A stretch of 64,000 bases of DNA from contig OZ287708.1 of assembly GCA_965649825.1 (NCBI GenBank), positions 153,201-217,200 on the forward strand, read 5' to 3'. A program made the position numbers and the translations under genes. Shown piece after piece: positions 1-7,909 of this stretch; the stretch's first letter is position 1, and every line of letters begins with the position of its first letter. The DNA is from Penicillus capitatus. Lineage: Eukaryota; Plantae; Chlorophyta. The notes beneath the pieces are model-generated. The model was not told where the DNA came from and made no database searches. It was given only the letters and a program-made list of their open reading frames with translations.

Positions 1-400
1 TCATAGCGATAGAACATCCAGGACGGCCTCCACTGGCCACCAGCAAGCAAACAGATCGTCATGGGTATCCAATAGCAGCAGCCAATCACATCGAGTCATA
101 GCGATAGAACATCCAGGACGGCCTCCACTGGCCACCAGCAAGCAAACAGATCGTCATGGGTATCCAATAGCAGCAGCCAATCACATCGAGTCACAGCGAT
201 AGAACATCCAGGACGGCCTCCACTGGCCACCAGCAAGCAAACAGATCATCATAGGCATCCGATAGCAGCAGGGCAGTAAACAGATCGGCATGGGCATCCA
301 ATAGCAGCAGGGCAGTAAACAGATCGGCATGGGCATCCAATGGCAGCAGGGCAGCAAACAGATCGTCATGGGCATCCAATAGCAGCAGAGCAGCAACAGC
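1..400. repeat. Tandem array type A (36-39 bp sub-units, ~96 bp higher-order unit), truncated by window start
   Basis: GATAGAACATCCAGGACGGCCTCCACTGGCCACCAGCAAGCAAACAGATCGTCATGGG recurs at about 9, 105 and 199. It is the reverse complement of array 42430-43460. Confidence 0.9.
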
Positions 401-404
401 CACT

Positions 405-556
405 AATCTCAATCACCAATCTCAGCCACCAGTCTCAGTCCTCCAGTATCAATCTCAGCCACCAGCCACCAGCCACCAGTATCAATCTCAGCCACCAGTC
501 TCTCTCAACAATCTCCAGCCACCAGTCTCTCTCAACAATCTCCAGCCACCAGTCTT
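405..556. repeat. Tandem array type D (AGCCACCAGTCTC-type, ~25-40 bp units)
   Basis: Repeated TCTCAGCCACCAGTCTC / CTCCAGCCACCAG. Reverse complement of the longer array at 42020-42420. Confidence 0.85.
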
Positions 557-962
557 AATCACAGCGAGACACAGGGTAAGAAAACACGCCAGCCTCCGTG
601 CAGCAAAGCAGCAAATATTGAGCAGCAGCCTCATGTAAAACACAGCGGATGAGTTTCTACAGCCTCCGGGCCAAAAACGCACAGAGCCAACCACAACAAA
701 GCGGAGGTGGAATGGCAGAGAAACACGGCACAGAAAAACAGCCCCCTTTGCATCTTTGTATTTTTTTAAATTTTCATTTTTTAGTCACACTTTTCAGAGT
801 GTGACTTTTCTTTATTATTTATTATTTATTCTTTATTTTTTCTCGCACAAAAAAAAAAAGTGTGAGATGTGATATTGAAAAAGAAAACTTTTTGTTTTTG
901 TTTTATTTTTTGCAGCCAATAGAAAACAGCTCAAAAAGCGGAGATCTGTCGCCCTATCTGTC

Positions 963-2294
963 CTAAAATTGGACAGAAACCTACACAAAAGGAAAAGCAT
1001 AAGAGAGACAAAGAAGAGAAATTCACTTACGCAGTGCCCAGACATGAAGAACAGACGTTCTGGGATGGCCGTCGAAGAGATCCGGACACATTCGCCGGAC
1101 ATAAAGAACGGACGGCGGTGGAATCCGGGAGGCGTGACTGGGAAAATGAAGGGACGGGGAGGGATGGGAGGAGGGGCATTCAGACAAAAAAGAGATGTCC
1201 GTTGGGGGAAGGGAGGTGGTCGGGCAGGGAGAGAGAAAAAGAGGGGACGAGAGGGGATTAGAGGGGAAGGAGTTGCAGGTATACAGAATACCTGGGGGCG
1301 CGCAGGAAACAAAGGAGATTGGCTCTGCGGCCCGGACGGCGGGAAGAAGACGGGCTGTGGAATCGGAGCCGGAGACCACTCCATGATGGGCGGCTGGGCC
1401 GATTGGGCGGCGGCAGGCGGCGCCGGAACAGGCGACCACTCCATGTGTGGTGCCTGGGAAGCTGGCGGCTGTGGCGGCGCTCCAGGACCCGTGGACGGCG
1501 GCGGCACAGCAGACTGTGAGGCGGCAGGAGGTTGGACTGGCGGCGACTGAGGAGATGCGGATGGCGGCGGCGCTCCAAAGGCGGCGGCTGTCTGTGGCGG
1601 CGCTCCATGATGGGCGGCTGTCGGCGTGGCTCCTTGCCGCGAGGCTGTCTGCGGCGGCGCTCCAGAACCCGAGGACAGCGGCGGCACATGAGACTGTGAG
1701 GCGGCAGGAGGAGCGGATGGCGGCGGCGCTCCATGCTGGGTGGCTGGCGGTGGCGGCGGCGCATATGCTGGGACGCGCTGCGGAGGCGGCTGAGCAGCAG
1801 GCTGGCCCTCTTGGGCCAACCGCGCTTGCCTCTCCGCAGCCGAGAGGACCCTAGCTCTCCGCATGGGCCGCGGCTGTGGGGTTTGGACCCTATTGGGTCC
1901 AAACCGCACAGGAGGGGTCTGCGCATCGATGTGCGCTTGACCCCTCTGCGCAGTTGTTCGGGATTTTAAATCCCAATACAACTGCGCACGCGCGGCCTCA
2001 TCCAAGCCCTCGAAGGCCCTGGGCGGGTGACTTCCCAGGACCTCCCTCAACGTGACTTGGGCAAAGCTGGGAACACACAAGTGTTAGAGATCAGTCGAAG
2101 AAGAGTTTGTCGACGCGTCGCGCGCTGCAGAGCTTCTCGACTGCAGCCGGACGCATGCGTGTTGTGTTCATGGAGAGCGTCCAGCCGCAGGCGAAAGGCT
2201 CTGTAGCGCGCGACGAGTCGACGAATGGCCACGGGACTTACGGTCTGTCAGGATATCCGTAATCTTCTTCTGTAAACATGCGTGCGTCGGCCAT
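963..2294 (-). CDS. Novel proline-rich protein, copy U0 (368 aa, 3 exons: 2294-2242, 2066-1031, 980-963)
   Basis: Exon 1 MADARMFTEEDYGYPDRP, GTAAG donor, CCCAG acceptor. Exon 2 is the bulk of the 415-aa ORF. Intron 2 is GTAAG...TGTAG and the last exon is VSVQF*. Spliced length 1107 nt is in frame. Same structure in four paralogues. No family recognised. Confidence 0.85.
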
Positions 2295-2375
2295 ATCTTC
2301 TTCTTCTCTTGAGCGCGCGGAAAACAGGAAGGAGTTCGAACAACTCGACAGTGCGGAAGGGTCTGTGACAGGACC

Positions 2376-2381
2376 TTTATA
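2376..2381 (-). promoter_or_regulatory. TATA box of Pro-rich gene U0
   Basis: GCGGC(C)TATAAAGGTC about 80-100 nt upstream of the ATG, conserved in all five copies (also 13414-13419, 30297-30302, 40205-40210, 52969-52974). Confidence 0.7.
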
Positions 2382-3827
2382 GGCCGCCTCGGTTGCCGAG
2401 CGCGGCCTGCGGGTGGCGGCTGGGAACCGTGACCGTTTGGCGGCGCTGCATGCGCCGCCGGACAAACGATCGGCCGCCAGACGTCCAGAAACGCTGAGCA
2501 CTGTCATCGGGATGCGCGTCGCGAAAGGGAGAGCACTTCTGGAAGCTTTTCTAAGTTTTTTTACAGTCAAAGTTCTCTACAGTTTGTCGGCATGTTCCGC
2601 TCTGAGTGTAACGCGCATGCGTTCTCTGCGGCTGTTTCGACGCGATTCTCCGAACGGCCAACCGCTCGAGCCAGCTCCGCGTTGCCTGGGCATAGAAATG
2701 AGGCGGTCTCTCTCGTTCGCAGGATCGGCACGGACTCTGCGTCGAGAGGGCCTTCTGTTTCGGGCGTCTCCGTCGCAAACGCCGTCGACAGAGCGTTCTG
2801 CGCGGTGTAACGCGAGTCGGTTTGAGGAGATGTCGTTGGTCCTAACTCCCTCGAACATGGAAGGCGGAACCGACGACGCCTTCTGCGAGAAGCAAACGGC
2901 CACGGAGTCGTCGTTTCGGTTCGTGCTCGCACACAGCGTCGAGTGAGTGCTTTGGAGGACGCCGTTCGCTTCGACCAGCGAAGTCGGTCGCGTTGTGCGG
3001 ATGCTGTGCAGGACTGCTGTTCTGTCTGCGAATCCGTAGATCAGGCAGTCTCGAGAGCAACCTGTTTGATGGCGCTGTCGATCGCGGCCTGGGCCAGTTG
3101 TGATCCGATGCTATCACCTACCTTCTCTCAGGCGTATTCCACTGTGCAGAGCGCACCAAAGAGGCAGATTGTCATTGGAAAGGGATGACATGCTGCTGCG
3201 TCCTCGTTGGAATCGTCCATGCCGTTCCGTTCTAGTGTCCTGCGAGTTCTGATGCTGTGGTGGCTGTGACGGAGAACGTCCGTCTTCTGTTCGGAGACCA
3301 CTTGTCGAACATCTCTGTAATGAAAGACGAACAACTTCCGCCGAGTGTTCTGTGCGCGCGGGGCGTTCCTGGACGATGTCGTCAGTGCTGTCCGCGTGCT
3401 CTTGGACAGTAAGTGCACTGTGGAATGCATGAACGGCAGAGACTGTAGTCACGCCTGCTCTCGGCCCTGCCGTTCGGACCAGCGACTCGGCATTCCTCGC
3501 AGAACACCGAGATGCCTGTCGACGTCGGCGTGTTGGATCGATACCGAGGAATGCATTCGCATAGCAAAGCGTCCTCAAAACAACGGTGCGAGAATACACA
3601 CATTACGTGATGCGGCTCTGTAGACGGTAAAACGATTTCAGATGCGAGAGAGTTTGTTCGGGTGCTAAAAGAATGCGACTGTCCACTCCTCGATGTTTCG
3701 GCTGGCAAATCGAGACGAGACAGAAGGGGATGAATCCAATCGTGGATTCAGTTCCTACCCTTCACTGCATCTACGCGAGCATCCTGCGCAGAGAACTGAT
3801 GGATCTCGATATCTTTACGAGGCCAAA

Positions 3828-4224
3828 CCTCCTGCGCTGAGAGCACGACGATTGACCGGTGAATAGGAAGAGGAGCGAGAGATGCAAGGGCATCTGGAAA
3901 GAGCTAACGCCGACCTCGCTGAACGCAGGCCTCACTTCAACGAAAGAACAGCGAAAACGAGCGCGTGGCGAGAGAGCATGCTTCGGTCGTTCGAGAACTG
4001 AGAAGCAATGTGCGTCTCTGTGGCTCTCGTGTGGAGGGATCGCGAATGATGTGGCGTGCCTGCCTGCTTTCGTGATCAGATTCTACACGAGAAACGCAGA
4101 ACGCGAGAAATGGAGATGCGATTCGTAGCAGTCTTGCAAGAGAGTCTTTCCAAGGCTCGTGGTTTACTCGACCGAACGACGCAAGAGATCGACGTCGTTG
4201 GCAGCGTGGTGTGACGGACTGTCA
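3828..4224 (+). pseudogene. Captured, degenerate exons 3-4 of the coiled-coil gene whose intact copy is at 58741-59425
   Basis: Clear similarity to the reverse complement of 58731-59128 (ILHEKRRTREMEMRFVAV...). Starts inside an intron. Confidence 0.85.
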
Positions 4225-5684
4225 CCACTGTACCAGGTTTGCATCTGCCAATGATGACCAGCGTATGTATACTATGTGCTTGTCTGCCTGCTCTAGCCTA
4301 CTTCAATGATTCTCAGAGACAGGCCAGCAAAGATGCCGGACGTATTGCTGGATTGGAAGTCATGCGTATTATCAATGAACCGACGGCAGCTGCATTGGCC
4401 TATGGTGTCGATAAGAGAGAGGGATCGGTGGCCGTTTATGATTTGGGTGGTGGTACCTTCCTTATCTCCATCCTTGGGATCACAGGCGGCGTCTTCGAAG
4501 TGAAAGCCACAAACGGAGATACCTTTCTGGGTGGCGAGGATTTCGACAACACCCTGCTGACGTACATCATCGAGGAATTCAAAAAAGATCAGGGGATCGA
4601 TCTGACAAAGGATCGTTTAGCCGTTCGGAGACTCAGAGAGGCGGCAGAGAAGGCAAAGATTGAGCTGTCATCGACGACAACGACCGATATCGATCTTCCG
4701 TTCATTACAGCAGATGCATCCGGCGCCAAGCACCTGCATCAAACCTTGACGCGGGCAAAGTACGAATCTCTGGTCAGTTTACTGCTGGACCGAACAAAAC
4801 AGCCCTGTCAGAACTGCCTCAAAGATGCCGGAGTGTCCCGTGCCGATATCAACGACATCGTTCTGGTGGGCGGCATGACGCGTGTGCCAAAGGTGCATGA
4901 AATTGTCAAGGGCATTTTTGGCAAGGACCCATCTCGTGGGGTCAACCCGGACGAGGTGGTGGCCATGGGTGCCGCCATCCAAGGTGGTGCGCTGCGAGGT
5001 GACCGAGGCGACCTCTTACTGCTGGATGTCACTCCTCTGTCGACGGGAATCGAGACATTGGGAGGGGTGATGATCGTGATGATCCCCCGTAACACCACTG
5101 TGCCGACCAAGAAGACCCAGACCTTCTCTACTGCCGCTGACATGCAGACCCAAGTGGGGATCAAGGTCTTCCATGGCGAAAGACAGATGGTTACCGACAA
5201 CAAACTTCTCGGAGAGTTTGAGCTCGTCGGCATTCCTCCTGCATCCAGAGGTGTTCCACAGATTGATGTGACGTTTGGCATGGATGCGGACGGCATCATG
5301 CACGTCTCTGCTAAAGACAAAGCCACCAGCAAAGAACAGAAGATCACCATTCAGTCCTCTCGTGGTCTCTCCGAAGAGCAGATCCAAGATATGGTGCGCC
5401 AGAGTGAGCAGTTTGCAGAGGAAGACAAGAAGAGGAACGAGCTTGTCGAGGTTAAGAACAATGCCGACTCCCTCTGCTATACAGCCGAAAAGAACCTGGA
5501 AGAGAACAAAAGCAAACTTCCTCAGAATATCACCGACGATGTCAATACAGCTATGTCAGAGCTGAGAGCCGCCAAAGAGAAAGACGACCTCGAAAACATC
5601 GCGATGGCCATTAAGAAGCTGAATCAAGCGTTGATGAAGATCGGTGAGGCGATTTCTGGCTCATCAGACAAAGGCAGCAGCTAG
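4219..5684 (+). pseudogene. HSP70: 5'-truncated mitochondrial-type Hsp70 (DnaK-like) fragment, copy A
   Basis: TVP-intron(4237-4296)[10 protein letters not shown], [34 protein letters not shown]. Lacks the N-terminal part of the ATPase domain and the transit peptide. Substitutions at conserved sites (GGGTFL for [20 protein letters not shown]). TAG at 5682 where copy B reads GAG. The ORF-track ATG lies inside the intron. Confidence 0.85.
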
Positions 5685-5744
5685 GGAGAACCTGCAGCGG
5701 GAGGAGATCGAGAAAAGGCTCCAGGATAGAGAAAAGAGTGACAA

Positions 5745-6880
5745 AGGTGTCCCTCGGTGTCAAAATGCGAGATACAGAAATGCCATGTTTCTATGTCTAA
5801 CTCTCTCGCTAACTGCGGTTGCTTGGATCGCACCAGCCGCGACCTCCGCGCCACACCGCAAAGTTTGATCTCGCATCAATTCGCAACTGTCCGTCTGCCG
5901 ATTCCAGTTGTTCTGCAATGGCGTCGTCCCAGCGAACACAACAGGCGCGAGGCGCATCACGCGATTCGTAGCAATTGTGCAAGGGGATCCTGTGAAGGCT
6001 CATGCTCGACTCGACCGATCAAGAGATCGACCGAACCTTGCAGTGCCTATCGGAACTGCGCGCACAACCTGAACAGAATATCAAGGGCTGCCACGCTGGG
6101 TGGGTATGCACGCGACAGCTGTCTCGTCCATCTAGGTACCTGTGAATACGGTCGGATGCTTTGAATGTTGTGCTGCAAGCAGAACGTGTTTTCGTCGATC
6201 TTGGCTGTCAATACGTGGTCGAGTGCTCGGCATGTGAAGCTGAGGCCATTCTTACACGCAGGCGACAATCCCTGGGTTTCCCTCTCTGTCATGGACTCGA
6301 CGGCAATGACTTGATCGTTGCGGAGCCATCAAAGATCACATGCATATCGGCGGAGGCCGATGCGTGTCAGGAACGGGGAGCAGCCGTCTAAGCCACGTCG
6401 ACTGAACGAGGTTACGGATTGCAGACAGAGATCTCTTCTGTGGGATCTTCTTCTATCGTCAGAGATGAAGAGTGGCATGACAGATAATGGAATCGAATCG
6501 ATGCTGGATCGCTGGAGAGACTCGAGAAAGTGGCCGAAGCCAATCTCGACAAGGTACCCCCACAAAGAAACTCAGGTGCTTTGACAGAGGAGTTGGTGTC
6601 CCCGATAGCTAAAGCTGAAACCAAGAAGGGATCGAAGAAAGGATTCCTGTTGCAAAGACAACAACAAAACGCTCAGCCATCTGCAAAACCGAAGGTTGTT
6701 CACTGCTCTCTCCCCGTTTCTCTCGAATCAGGGACAGCGTCGGCGACGACGACTCGGCATAAGAATGAACAGTCCGTCTGTGTCTCGGATACGGTGCGAG
6801 AGAGGGACACCCGAACGGAGGAGAGCACAGAGGACACTGGCACCGAGAAGGTAGGCATCTCTGAATCGGCCAATGCATAA
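5745..6880 (+). pseudogene. Degenerate fragment of an unidentified host gene carried between cassette copies
   Basis: Broken reading frames (MFLCLTLSLTAVAW...; ALNVVLQAERVFVDLGCQYVVECSAC...; KAETKKGSKKGFLL...). Inverted paralogue at 35690-36830 has different stops and frameshifts. Confidence 0.45.
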
Positions 6881-7909
6881 CGATCTGTGATGCTCACCGC
6901 ACTGAGTCATCATGCCATCTATCCCCTTTGACTCCATAGCTGAGACGTGTGCCGGTTTCGCTTACCAGTTTTCATCTTGCTTCCCCATGCAACACCCATT
7001 ACTGCCCCTTGATATGCTTTGTGCTGTCTGTCAGATCGCCGAGAGTTGCTGACGCCGAGATTCGTATCTAGACTGAAATCAAGAACTGCATTCAGTTGTC
7101 GCGTGCATCGAGTTCCTATGCATCGATGTCTGGATGTCCGAGTGTTCCTTCAGCTGGCACAGTCTATGACAGCCAGCTCCTGCATGTTCTAAGACTGCGA
7201 AGTTGTTCTTGATGTTGTGTATTGTGAAGTACAATTGACATACCGTGTGCATTCTGACGCTGTGTTCCTGATTGTTTGTATAGAATCCGACACGCACATA
7301 TTGAACGTTGACGTCACACACAATACACTGAACACATTGTAAACGTCGACAACACTTTAATCAGAACTGAACTCGATCACAGTGGTGGTGTAATACGCTC
7401 TCATTCGCGAGCACACGTCGTCATCTCTGTAGGACAAGATAGGTTGGCGGCGCCGCCATGCTGCATTCTATTCTGCGGAGGCAATCTCCATCTGAGATAA
7501 ACGCGCTGACAGCTGAAGTTCCTGAAAAATCGTCTAGTGCATTCGACACAGGGGGATTACGTGCGTTCTCTGACAGCAGTTCATTCGTACGCCGTGTAAC
7601 GCTTTCCAAAACTAAGAAATCTGATGTCACACTTCATTGAATAAAGCAAAAAAAAGAAAGGTAGAAAGAAAAAAGAGAGAGATGACAGCAGGTCTTCCTC
7701 GAGACATGTTTGCTGAACGAGTCTCTACAACTGAAAACGGTGTTTTCATATTGTCTCTGTCTCTGTAGACAGCGACATTGTTTAGAAAGGATATTGTGTA
7801 AAGAATAGCTAACCTGTAGATCGCTTCCTTAAAGTGAGAGGATGTTGATCTGCGAGGCAGACTCAGATTTGGCCGCTTGCGCCAGCTTCAATCCAGAGGT
7901 GCCTCCACC

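Noticed and set aside
969-1926. Antisense and alternate-frame ORFs over the Pro-rich genes (e.g. 969-1550, 40958-41536)
   Set aside because: Shadows of GC-rich coding sequence; lengths and ends are inconsistent between copies.
5682-5684. TAR-to-Gln recoding as seen in some ulvophytes
   Set aside because: CPN20 and PAP2 end in TAA and SPS ends in TAG at the expected C-termini, and long ORFs lack in-frame TAR. The Hsp70 TAG is a GAG-to-TAG mutation.
4297-5684. Hsp70 as a processed retrogene or a functional gene
   Set aside because: An intron is retained at 4237-4296, there is no poly(A) tail, the N-terminus is missing and it sits behind another gene's stop codon.
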